The notes under the pieces: model-generated
Databases searched by the model: none
What the model saw: the letters and a program-made list of their open reading frames with translations, nothing else
Told to the model about the DNA's origin: nothing
Sequence record: LC727699.1
DNA length: 64,000 nucleotides
Strand: one strand, 5' to 3'
Shown: positions 1-9,475 of the stretch, in pieces
How positions within the stretch are numbered: the first letter of the stretch is position 1
How the letters are laid out: each line of letters begins with the position of its first letter
Program-made: the position numbers and the translations under genes

Positions 1-128
1 AACGAGATGAACGTGAAGCCAGATCGGTAGCTATATTAACTGGGAGATATATCACTCGTGGGAATGGTGATGTAGTGGTAAACAGAAGGTTTGTCGATGC
101 ATATGTCGAAATGATCTCTAAGCTTTAA
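1..128 (+). CDS. 3' end of a hypothetical protein truncated by the window edge
   Basis: Open frame from nt 3 (RDEREARSVAILTGRYITRGNGDVVVNRRFVDAYVEMISKL) to TAA at 126-128; read manually. Confidence 0.6.
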   Translation, partial: RDEREARSVAILTGRYITRGNGDVVVNRRFVDAYVEMISKL

Positions 129-141
129 GAGGTAACCTATT

Positions 142-189
142 ATGCAACGTCTATTTAATCTGTGCTGGGTATATGAGTACAGTATCTGA
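142..189 (+). CDS. Possible 15-aa coupling peptide MQRLFNLCWVYEYSI
   Basis: AGAGGT SD upstream of ATG 142; TGA 187-189 overlaps the GAGGTGA SD of the next gene. Confidence 0.3.
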   Translation: MQRLFNLCWVYEYSI

Positions 190-197
190 GGTGAATA

Positions 198-809
198 ATG
201 ATTGTAGATGCACATGGTGTAGACCTCTTGGACATCTGTGCAGGTGGCCATCTTACACAGCAAACAACCCAATGGTTGGGTGAGCGTAGTCAGGCACTGC
301 GTTCAACTATGTCAACTGCTGCTGCTAGCTTTTTCAATACTGCACAAAATATGTACAGTATGATTAGTGAATCAGCTGCTGTTCAAGCACTGCGGAATCT
401 AACCACAAAGAAAGATAATTTATGGCAGTCGAACAACATTGTGTATCTTGAGACTTTAGCTGAACTACAAACAGCTGGTCCGATTATGCAACGTTGGGTT
501 ATGGCGCATGAGCGTCTAAGAACTATGTATCTTAATAATGAAGTTGATGGATATAGTGGTTCTTATAATAACATCCAAGGTGATGCAGTAGGTGAACGAC
601 AGTTTGATTATCGTCGCGTGATGGATGGAGTTATGTATACCGATAAGAAAGAATTCGGTTATAAAAACTATCACGAAGATATCAAGAGTGATCGTAAACT
701 TAGTCTGCATGAAAAAGTTGACATCATCCGTATGTGGAATGCTATTGATGGGCATCTGGACGCAGGTGAAGAAGATCCAACTTCAGTCGTAGGTAATCTT
801 CTAGGTTAA
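198..809 (+). CDS. Conserved jumbo-phage protein (position of phiKZ gp59, recalled as import specificity factor Imp3)
   Basis: 203-aa ORF with GAGGTGA SD; assignment by counting back from gp68/gp69 synteny only. Confidence 0.6.
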   Translation: MIVDAHGVDLLDICAGGHLTQQTTQWLGERSQALRSTMSTAAASFFNTAQNMYSMISESAAVQALRNLTTKKDNLWQSNNIVYLETLAELQTAGPIMQRWVMAHERLRTMYLNNEVDGYSGSYNNIQGDAVGERQFDYRRVMDGVMYTDKKEFGYKNYHEDIKSDRKLSLHEKVDIIRMWNAIDGHLDAGEEDPTSVVGNLLG

Positions 810-815
810 ATAAAT

Positions 816-838
816 GAGAGTCCCGTACAGGGGCTCTC
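816..838 (+). terminator. Intergenic hairpin GAGAGTCCC-GTACA-GGGGCTCTC
   Basis: Inverted repeat directly after stop 809, followed by TT. Confidence 0.55.
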
Positions 839-860
839 TTCTATCGTTTAGGAGAGATCT

Positions 861-1196
861 ATGTCAATTGATCTACTCGTACCAAATAAACTAAAGATGT
901 TTCAAAAAAGTCCAGATGGTACGGGATATATGTATTTTAATAGTACAGATGGAATAGAACTTAAACACGATAATCAAACACGACTATTGTATCTTCCTGA
1001 TAATGTCTATGTAACTGGTGATTATGTTTCACCTGATACTAAATTTATTTTCACAGTTATTGAAGGTGAAGTGGTCTCTATTAAATTAGATACTGGCGAG
1101 GAAATACATAGTTATAGTTTTTGTGATGAGAGTCCATTGTGGAACCATCCACATATTGCTTTTTACGTTAAGGAAAATACAGATGCTATTAATTAA
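861..1196 (+). CDS. Hypothetical protein (gp60 position)
   Basis: 111-aa ORF with AGGAG SD. Confidence 0.75.
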   Translation: MSIDLLVPNKLKMFQKSPDGTGYMYFNSTDGIELKHDNQTRLLYLPDNVYVTGDYVSPDTKFIFTVIEGEVVSIKLDTGEEIHSYSFCDESPLWNHPHIAFYVKENTDAIN

Positions 1197-1635
1197 GCGT
1201 AATGACTCATCAATGCCACTACACCCTATTCTTAAATTAACTACTGCTGTAGTTGATTCAACTCGTTTTAATCTTGAAGAATATTCTTATCTTAAAGAAG
1301 CATTTAAGAATGGCACTCTACGTATCTATGTGACTGGATATGACTATGCTTACCCATCTGAAGATGGTCATCTTGTTATTAAAGACGAATATCCTAAGGT
1401 GGCTAGCAGGCCACCATTTGTACATGTTGGTAGGGATCCAAATGGGTTAATTGATGATACCCAGTTATATGTAGCTACAACTCATTTTTCAGGGGCAGGT
1501 GCCGAGATTGCTACCAGACCCATTAGTGTACACGCATGTGTTACTGAACACGATATCGTTTTAACAAGTACACTCAAGAAAAAAGAAGGTACTGTTATCG
1601 TATACCACATTGAATTAATTGCAAGTAAATATTAG
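1183..1635 (+). CDS. Hypothetical protein (gp61 position); probable start ATG 1183
   Basis: AAGGA SD at about 1170; start overlaps the end of the upstream ORF. Confidence 0.7.
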   Translation: MLLIKRNDSSMPLHPILKLTTAVVDSTRFNLEEYSYLKEAFKNGTLRIYVTGYDYAYPSEDGHLVIKDEYPKVASRPPFVHVGRDPNGLIDDTQLYVATTHFSGAGAEIATRPISVHACVTEHDIVLTSTLKKKEGTVIVYHIELIASKY

Positions 1636-1682
1636 TACACTAGTTAATATAAGTATTTAACTGTATGTATCAAGTAATATAA

Positions 1683-2153
<471 letters not shown>

Positions 2154-2711
2154 ATGACTAGTGAAGTTGAACAAAATGAAAGCGAAGCTATGAACTCCAT
2201 GCTATTAAAACGAATTCATATGCTAGAAGTAACAGTTAGGAATCTAACGAAACATGCTAAAGTTGTAGATGAGGCTTTCCAACAATTGGTAAAAGCTAAA
2301 GCTGAAGAAACTGCAACATTTAATATTCGCGTTAGTCGAGTTCTTGCAGATATTCTTTGCAATATGGGTGAAAGTATTCGACATGAAGTTGATGACGCAA
2401 TGCGAGCTATCAGTGGTGATACTGAACCAGTATTCTCACTAGTTGAAGTAGATGGGGTTAATCAGAAAGAACATATGGAATCAGTCATTGTTCGTAAAGG
2501 CGGTGATAAAGGTTATATGTTTGCTACTGTTGGAACACCTAATAAGTTCACTACTGAAAACTGCGATGCGTTGATTGATTACCTAAATAGTAATCCTCAA
2601 CTAATGGAAAACAAAGAAGAAGCTCGTTTTAATATCATCACTACTCTGACTAAACAACAGATTGAACAAGTTATGGGTAAAGAAGATGGCAACTCCGGAA
2701 CCGAACACTAG
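2154..2711 (+). CDS. Hypothetical protein (gp63 position), coiled-coil N-terminus
   Basis: 185-aa ORF abutting the upstream stop (TAAATG). Confidence 0.75.
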   Translation: MTSEVEQNESEAMNSMLLKRIHMLEVTVRNLTKHAKVVDEAFQQLVKAKAEETATFNIRVSRVLADILCNMGESIRHEVDDAMRAISGDTEPVFSLVEVDGVNQKEHMESVIVRKGGDKGYMFATVGTPNKFTTENCDALIDYLNSNPQLMENKEEARFNIITTLTKQQIEQVMGKEDGNSGTEH

Positions 2712-3294
2712 AGTTACAGATAGCGATAACATGATCATGGATGCAATGCAAGCCATGGTTAGCATTCATCAGAAAGAGATACCTATTGTCCATGAGGACG
2801 TTTTTGTAAAGAATATATTACCGTTACTTGAATGTCCATGGGCACCAGGTGCATTAGATGAATATCGTAAATATGTTCATGAGCTATCAAATCCATTACG
2901 TGTAGCAAGTGTTAATACCAAAGAAGCAGTTGTACTTTTTACAGTTCCAGCACTTTATCCTCGTCCAAGTGTTGCAATCTCATCTGGTGAGAATGTTGCT
3001 AGTATTTCTAATGTAATGGATTATTATAATAAAGAACATAATCGCAATCCACGTGGTGGGTTTGCTAAAGAAGCGGCTCAATTCCTAGAGCGGTGTATTT
3101 ATAATGAACCATTAGAAAAACAACTTCTACAAGTGTTAATCCAAATCTTAGCAGCATATGGTCGGGTATTAAAAAATACTGATGGTACTCCGTTATATGA
3201 GTTACCGAATGCATCTTCATCTAAATCTGGAGGTGTGCAAGTAGATACACCTGAGAATGATGAATGTGTTTACGGTGACGAATATGAAGACTGA
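2686..3294 (+). CDS. Hypothetical protein (gp64 position); probable start ATG 2686
   Basis: Long ORF overlapping both neighbours; acidic C-terminus. Confidence 0.75.
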   Translation: MATPEPNTRVTDSDNMIMDAMQAMVSIHQKEIPIVHEDVFVKNILPLLECPWAPGALDEYRKYVHELSNPLRVASVNTKEAVVLFTVPALYPRPSVAISSGENVASISNVMDYYNKEHNRNPRGGFAKEAAQFLERCIYNEPLEKQLLQVLIQILAAYGRVLKNTDGTPLYELPNASSSKSGGVQVDTPENDECVYGDEYED

Positions 3295-4423
3295 TAAAAC
3301 AAAGAAACCTGGCATATTTCGATATTTAACAGTAGGCGATGTCCATATGGGGCATCGCCAAACCCCTACTGAATTAATCATCAATAACTTTTGGAAAACT
3401 GTCCCTGATACAATTTTAAAAGATATTGATATGCTGATTATTACAGGGGATTTATTTGATCGTCAATTAAACAATGGCGATCCAGCTGCATACGCAATTG
3501 ATAGATTTATTACAATACTTCTCTACAAATGTGAAATGTATAATGTAATGATCCGTATTGTCGAAGGGACCCCATCACATGACCGTGGGCAAATGCAGTT
3601 TTTCGTAGAACAAAAAAATAATGCAAATATTAAAGTTGATTTGCATTATTCAAAGATTCTCGATATTGAGTATATTGAGAAACTAGATGCATATTTCCTT
3701 TATGTCCCTGATAAATGGAATCCATCCACATCAGAGACTTTAAATCAAGTAAAAGATTTAATGCATAAGAAAGGTATATCTCAAGTTGACTTTACTATTT
3801 TACATGGTGCATTTAAACATCAGCTACCAAGTATTGTGGAAGAGCCAACACATGATCCAGACGAATATTTAGCATTAACTAAATATATGATCAATGGTGG
3901 ACATGTTCATGAGATGTCTATCTATGAACGCATTTTAGCTGCCGGTGGATTTGATCGATTAAGTCACAACGATGAAATTCCAAAAGGATTATTTGATGTT
4001 GTGGTAAAAGAAAATGGCGAATGGACTGCTACATTCCTTGAGAATAAGGGTGCGCGTAGATACGATACTTTGAATGTCCATGGAATGGATACTAAGCAAC
4101 TTAATTACACTGTTAAAGAACATATCAAGACACTACCAACTAACTCTGCAATTAGGTTAAGATGTAATCCAGGTGATGTAGCTACTGGTGATCTCGATAC
4201 ATTTCAAAATGAATATCCTAATTTTTCATGGAGTATCTTAATTGAAAAAGTTACTACAAAGAAAAATACTGTGTCAGATAGCCTAAAGAATTTTGATTTA
4301 TCAGAATTTTTGGATATAACTCCAGAAAGTATTTCTGATTTAATTATTCCAGATATTGAAAAATTTACAGCGGACGCTGCTCAGATCCAACGGGTATTGG
4401 GATTATTGACAGAGTTCAAATAA
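3284..4423 (+). CDS. sbcD: SbcD/Mre11-like metallophosphoesterase nuclease (gp65 position)
   Basis: Motifs GDVHMG, ITGDLFD, GTPSHD, ILHG and GHVH in canonical calcineurin-like phosphoesterase order. Confidence 0.88.
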   Translation: MKTDKTKKPGIFRYLTVGDVHMGHRQTPTELIINNFWKTVPDTILKDIDMLIITGDLFDRQLNNGDPAAYAIDRFITILLYKCEMYNVMIRIVEGTPSHDRGQMQFFVEQKNNANIKVDLHYSKILDIEYIEKLDAYFLYVPDKWNPSTSETLNQVKDLMHKKGISQVDFTILHGAFKHQLPSIVEEPTHDPDEYLALTKYMINGGHVHEMSIYERILAAGGFDRLSHNDEIPKGLFDVVVKENGEWTATFLENKGARRYDTLNVHGMDTKQLNYTVKEHIKTLPTNSAIRLRCNPGDVATGDLDTFQNEYPNFSWSILIEKVTTKKNTVSDSLKNFDLSEFLDITPESISDLIIPDIEKFTADAAQIQRVLGLLTEFK

Positions 4424-4435
4424 AAGGCAATAATA

Positions 4436-5266
4436 ATGGATATTATCGAGAGAGATGTAGGTGCTAATATTCCAATTAGCATTGGAACTTCTTTTGCTCT
4501 CGAAGGGCTTATAGGAACACATCCACAAAAGCCTAGACAACCAACTGATGTTAAGTCTATTAAAGAAATATGGATTAATGTCCGTACTCTTGCAAGAAAT
4601 ATGTGGCAGGCTATGAAGTCTGAACAACAAACTAATATTAACTTGGTTGCAGCAGTCGATGTTTTATTTCAAGAAGCACAAACAATCCCGGTTGCTTTAC
4701 GGCAATCGGGGATAAAAGCAACTGTAAAATATTACATTACTGGTCGAGATGCAGTGAAGTGGTTATTCCCTAAAGCTACATTTAAAGTATCACGAACACC
4801 GCAACAATTAGCTTATGATGTTTATGAACGATTTGTATCAATTGAACTATATCAGAAGTTAAAAGATACAGATTTAATTACAATGGAAATATCTAATAAA
4901 CCTCCAAAGGTTGAAGGTACTGTTTTACTATTAACCCATTTCCCACATGAATTATTATGGAAACCCCATTTTAATAGACTTCTTTTATTGGAATCCCATA
5001 CGGGCAAAATAAAGACATACAACATGTGGTATACTAAACTAAATGGTTTAAAAGAAGATACTCCATTTCCTTTTACATCATTTGCTATACAGATATTTGG
5101 CGATAAACAATTACTTGAACCACAAGACAAAGCTATTCGTGCACAGTTAAAACAATTGGCACAATCTAGAAAATGGACAGGATTAACAACACCAGATAAA
5201 GTTCATCATGACATTACTGCTTATGGTTCTAAAGAGTTAAAAGAAGCATACAAGAAATTCAAATAG
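4436..5266 (+). CDS. Conserved jumbo-phage protein, possibly PIN/5'-nuclease-like (gp66 position)
   Basis: 276-aa ORF; IWINVRTLARN and LLTHFPHEL/LLESHTG segments resemble a degenerate 5' nuclease; weak. Confidence 0.5.
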   Translation: MDIIERDVGANIPISIGTSFALEGLIGTHPQKPRQPTDVKSIKEIWINVRTLARNMWQAMKSEQQTNINLVAAVDVLFQEAQTIPVALRQSGIKATVKYYITGRDAVKWLFPKATFKVSRTPQQLAYDVYERFVSIELYQKLKDTDLITMEISNKPPKVEGTVLLLTHFPHELLWKPHFNRLLLLESHTGKIKTYNMWYTKLNGLKEDTPFPFTSFAIQIFGDKQLLEPQDKAIRAQLKQLAQSRKWTGLTTPDKVHHDITAYGSKELKEAYKKFK

Positions 5267-5353
5267 AAGAAATACTTGTTGCGATAATATTACGTAGAAA
5301 TCATTTCCCATCTAGTTAAAAAGAATCTAGTTTTAATTTGGAGTTATCACATC

Positions 5354-6094
5354 ATGTCACAACAGCAGTCTAATGCACCCGTAGTTAACCCTTTTAATGT
5401 AATGAATACTTGGCTACATGCCAAACCATGTGAGGGTTCTCAAAAACGACCGACGCTGCGTTTTGGTCTGTTTAAAAACCAACCACGGGTTACTGTTCGT
5501 ACTAATGTACCTGGTGATAAAGACCATGGTAAAATTGAGTTCAATACTGACCTAGCAACCTTTGCATGTTTCATTAAGTTTGCAATGGACTTAATTGAAG
5601 GTAAAACTGAAGATACTGAACGTGTCTTTGTTTACCGCAATAACTTCGTAGCTGGTAAGAAGCGTGATAATTTTATTGAGCTTTCTAAGCTACATGTTGG
5701 CCGTGCACAAGATGGTCGAATTTACATCGCAGTGCTAAGCACTCAACCTGATCGTCCAAAGATCAAATTCTTCTTTGGCCCATCCCAATTCCATGATATC
5801 CGCAAAGCAGATGGTAGTCAACTATCACCTAAGGAAATGTCCGATGCTTATGCATACGGTTTCCTAGACCCCGCATATAAACTAGTAATGCATCTTCTAG
5901 TAACTGAATTCGATCCAGATGCTAAAGGTGTATCTAACCCTGCTAATTTTAATCAGGGTAACGGTAATAGCGGTGGTTACAATAATGGTGGTCAGCGTAA
6001 TAACTATAACAACGGCGGTAACAATAGTTATACTAAGCCGGCTAATAATAGTTATAATGACTCAGCTTTTGATGAGGATATGCCTTCCTTCTAA
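5354..6094 (+). CDS. chmC: ChmC-like phage-nucleus-associated RNA/ssDNA-binding protein (Whirly-like fold, gp67 position)
   Basis: Directly upstream of the gp68-like and PicA genes; Asn/Gly-rich tail (NQGNGNSGGYNNGGQRNNYNNGGNNSY) and acidic end FDEDMPSF. Confidence 0.7.
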   Translation: MSQQQSNAPVVNPFNVMNTWLHAKPCEGSQKRPTLRFGLFKNQPRVTVRTNVPGDKDHGKIEFNTDLATFACFIKFAMDLIEGKTEDTERVFVYRNNFVAGKKRDNFIELSKLHVGRAQDGRIYIAVLSTQPDRPKIKFFFGPSQFHDIRKADGSQLSPKEMSDAYAYGFLDPAYKLVMHLLVTEFDPDAKGVSNPANFNQGNGNSGGYNNGGQRNNYNNGGNNSYTKPANNSYNDSAFDEDMPSF

Positions 6095-6169
6095 AACATA
6101 TTTCGGTGCTTACTCTCGAAGTAGGCACCGATATGCCCTCAGTACTAAATGCCGTTATACTAAAAAAAA

Positions 6170-6190
6170 TTTGAGATCTATATTACTAAC
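6170..6190 (+). promoter_or_regulatory. phiKZ-type early promoter (TTTGAGATCTATATTAC)
   Basis: TATATTAC core with upstream TTT, about 30 nt before the gp68-like start; matches other copies in the window. Confidence 0.55.
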
Positions 6191-6219
6191 ATGTATCTAC
6201 ATTGGTAAAAGAGGTTAAA

Positions 6220-7785
6220 ATGCAAATCATCGTTACAGGAGTTCAAGGTACTGGTTTTACTGAAGTGGCTACAGAACACAATGGTAAACGTTTAACTTGG
6301 ACAACTACGGCTTATAGTAAAATCCGTGTACAAGATCAACAACGAGTATTCCAAGAAATCAATGATTATTGGAGTGGCCTAAGTGCTGAGACACAACAAC
6401 ATATCTGGAATTGTTATGTAGAAATTCGTAAGATCATGGATATGGCTATGGATCCGATGAGGATTGCAATGAGTCTATCCTATTACATCAAAGAGATGTA
6501 TAAAGTCATGCCAATGAATAGTTTTCGGCGATGGCTACTAACTATTGGTAAACTTTATATTCCAGTAGATATTGAAGAAGTTATCACTGATGATTCACGA
6601 TATAATCGACCAGATCAAACGTATCTGAAACATGACTATATTAACCTTGCATCTGTATCACTAGCTCTTCGTCCTTTAGTACCTATTTGGGGCGAGTTTA
6701 TTGATCAGGGCACTTCTCAGGAAATGCATAAAGAATGTGAAGTAATTAGTCTCATCTCGGATTGTGAGGTTAACCATTGGCCTGTTGATGAAATATCAAT
6801 TGATGGAACCCCAGTAGAAACAGCTTATGATAAGCTAAGTGCATATGTTAAGTTTTGTGTAGAGGATGAAGCACCCACCTTAGCCAACCTTTATAGGGGT
6901 ATGAGTTCAGCTGAAGTGCCGGACATCTTACAGGCTAAAGTTATGGTTAGGCGATTAACCATCCTACCATTAAACGATGCCACCTCACATTCCATCGTTT
7001 CAAATATGTTTAGATATGTTAAGTCAAATCTAAACCCTGCTGAACGATCAACTGCTGACCGGGTTAATGATAAACGGCCAGATAAAGGTGGTATTGATGA
7101 TGATGATAAAACATCATTTATCGAATCACATAAAACTAAACAACGAGTTACCCCTGGTGATATCGTAGCTTATAACTTAGATGCTCTTGATGTAGTTAAA
7201 CTGGTTCACAAAATCGATGACACTGTCCCAGTAGAGTTAATTCAGGAATGTCTAGATTGCGTTGCAGTTACAGCTACTAAAGATATCTATCCACACCAGA
7301 TATTACTTGCACAATGGGTAATGCACAAAGCTTTTCCTGCAAGAGCATTCAGCCACATTAATAAGAATGCAGTTAACCATTTGTTGGCAGCAGCTCAGTC
7401 ACTAATGTGGCATTGGGGTTTCCAACAAGTTGCTGTATTTATGCAAGTAGAATTGTATTATAGTGGTGATCATGCAATGTCCATTCAACCACGTAATAGT
7501 ACACGTATTCAAATTAAATATAAGGATGTGATGGATGAACTTTATCCACATCAGCGACAACAACGAGCTATTAACGGTGTTCCAGTAGCACCTGTAAATA
7601 TTGCGGGCATTGCTGTGCAATCTGCACATGCATCCATTAGATCTAGTAACTGGATCTATCATGGACCCGATCGTTTATTCAAAGAAGCAGAACAGGTAAC
7701 TCAGAATAAAGTCCTTGTTGTACCGGCCACAATTAAGTCGGTGATCACCGAACTGGTAATTCATCTGGGTAAACTTAATCAGTAA
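6220..7785 (+). CDS. Non-virion RNA polymerase promoter-specificity (sigma-like) subunit, phiKZ gp68 homolog; probable start ATG 6220
   Basis: Sequence recognised as gp68-like (MQIIVTGVQGTGFTEVATEHNG...); GAGG SD; synteny with the gp71-74 RNAP genes. Confidence 0.8.
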   Translation: MQIIVTGVQGTGFTEVATEHNGKRLTWTTTAYSKIRVQDQQRVFQEINDYWSGLSAETQQHIWNCYVEIRKIMDMAMDPMRIAMSLSYYIKEMYKVMPMNSFRRWLLTIGKLYIPVDIEEVITDDSRYNRPDQTYLKHDYINLASVSLALRPLVPIWGEFIDQGTSQEMHKECEVISLISDCEVNHWPVDEISIDGTPVETAYDKLSAYVKFCVEDEAPTLANLYRGMSSAEVPDILQAKVMVRRLTILPLNDATSHSIVSNMFRYVKSNLNPAERSTADRVNDKRPDKGGIDDDDKTSFIESHKTKQRVTPGDIVAYNLDALDVVKLVHKIDDTVPVELIQECLDCVAVTATKDIYPHQILLAQWVMHKAFPARAFSHINKNAVNHLLAAAQSLMWHWGFQQVAVFMQVELYYSGDHAMSIQPRNSTRIQIKYKDVMDELYPHQRQQRAINGVPVAPVNIAGIAVQSAHASIRSSNWIYHGPDRLFKEAEQVTQNKVLVVPATIKSVITELVIHLGKLNQ

Positions 7786-7801
7786 TAATTGAGGTAGTTC
7801 T

Positions 7802-9475
7802 ATGTTAGGTTTTAATAATTCAGCAATGGGCGGTAATACTGAAGTACAGATTGAATCATTCATTCTAGTACAAACTGGTACTTATCAACCTGAACATGTT
7901 CGACCATTTACTGTAGAGGTCACTGAGAACTCTATTGAACGTTTAAAAGAAGCAACTAATGATGGTCGTAATCTAGGTGTTGCAGCTGTACAGCAAATTG
8001 CAGCTGATGTGATCGCACCACGTGCTCAAACTCAAGGCGAAGTCCCTATCGTCAATGGTTGGGGTGAACGCCGGTTTAGGTTCATGATGAAAGTATGGGA
8101 GAATAACCGTTTCTTTGGTAATACCCGTACTTGCCGGATTCTATTTGGTTGCTCTGACCATTGCTCTATTAGTCCGCTTAGCAATAGTCTAGATCCTAAC
8201 ATGCGTATCTATTTTAATAGTGAAACTGTTATTGTAGAGCGTCAACGACCAACTGAGTTTGGTGTGGTTAAACAAGCACATATCCTAGGTTCTAACCAGA
8301 TCCTTGCACCCGTCGATATCATGAGTGATATTACTATCCCTCAGAACGGGTTTAGCATGTATACTGGAACTTCATCATATCTCCAACGGCCAGAAGATGT
8401 TTTCCAGATTCAGCAAACGATGCAAGTAGCTAAACGCATTGAATCAACTGGACTACATCAAGGTGTATTTGACCGGATCATTGATCAACGTTCCAGTGTT
8501 GGTGAAGCAGGTACTTTCCAATATTCAAATCGCCGTGATACTTCTCCTACTCGTTATCTATCTAGTACTCTTAATGCATGGCAGCATTCTGTTAAAGAAG
8601 CTGAGATGGCTAATAATGATAACGATAATATCTTTGGAGGTGTCTCTGATGAAGTGATGCTAGGTGATGCATCAGCTGTACTTCGAAATCAAGATATCCA
8701 TTCCAATATGTTCATGCGCATTCTAAAAGAACGCTGCAATTACATGGAACGTGGCTTTGTTACACTGGCTGACCTACAACGAGTATTCCCTGAACTACTG
8801 GTTGATGGTGTAGTTAAAGCTGGTATGGATAATGGTAATTCTCAACGCTTCGTTAACCGAGCAGAGCATTCCATGCATTGGGGTGGTGCAGATCATCACA
8901 CTGTTGCAGCATCTCTACTTGCACAAGTAGTTCCAGCAATCATGATGGATAACTATTTCCGGGTAACCTCCTTTGCAATTACAAATGGACATGGAGCGAA
9001 TAACTATCTATTCGAAATGCATCCAAATGGTACCAGGAGTATCATGGATGGAATTGATATGACTCCACAGATTAATGACTTTGAACGTCGTCTTATTACC
9101 GATGCGATTAACAGTATCTCTTATGGTAACCAGATTCCGTTTAAAATTTCCATGCACTCTGACTTAGCTGGTGATACTGTTATTGATATCAGTCTAAATC
9201 ATGAATCGGTAGAACGATTCATCGCACCGACCTTCATTGATAGTCTGTTTAGTCCAGTCATTACTCGGGATGCATCTGCACCGGCTATGATCTCTAATGA
9301 CCTTACCTATCTTGTTAAGAATGTTATCCCAACTAAGACTCAACAAAACATTCTAAACAGTAGTGGTCAGCCGGTTAACATGCAACCGTATCAACATCCT
9401 GTAGCTCAACCTGCTCAAATCAATCCTAAATTTGGTGATAACAATGCCTACGATTTCTCTTTCCAAGTTCTATAG
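7802..9475 (+). CDS. picA: PicA/Imp1 phage-nucleus protein import factor (phiKZ gp69 homolog)
   Basis: 557-aa ORF immediately after the gp68-like gene in the conserved chimallivirus block; GAGGT SD. Confidence 0.72.
   Translation: MLGFNNSAMGGNTEVQIESFILVQTGTYQPEHVRPFTVEVTENSIERLKEATNDGRNLGVAAVQQIAADVIAPRAQTQGEVPIVNGWGERRFRFMMKVWENNRFFGNTRTCRILFGCSDHCSISPLSNSLDPNMRIYFNSETVIVERQRPTEFGVVKQAHILGSNQILAPVDIMSDITIPQNGFSMYTGTSSYLQRPEDVFQIQQTMQVAKRIESTGLHQGVFDRIIDQRSSVGEAGTFQYSNRRDTSPTRYLSSTLNAWQHSVKEAEMANNDNDNIFGGVSDEVMLGDASAVLRNQDIHSNMFMRILKERCNYMERGFVTLADLQRVFPELLVDGVVKAGMDNGNSQRFVNRAEHSMHWGGADHHTVAASLLAQVVPAIMMDNYFRVTSFAITNGHGANNYLFEMHPNGTRSIMDGIDMTPQINDFERRLITDAINSISYGNQIPFKISMHSDLAGDTVIDISLNHESVERFIAPTFIDSLFSPVITRDASAPAMISNDLTYLVKNVIPTKTQQNILNSSGQPVNMQPYQHPVAQPAQINPKFGDNNAYDFSFQVL

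Noticed and set aside
5919-6218. 99-aa plus-strand ORF overlapping the chmC end
   Set aside because: Alternate frame of the Asn-rich tail; runs through the promoter region and has no SD
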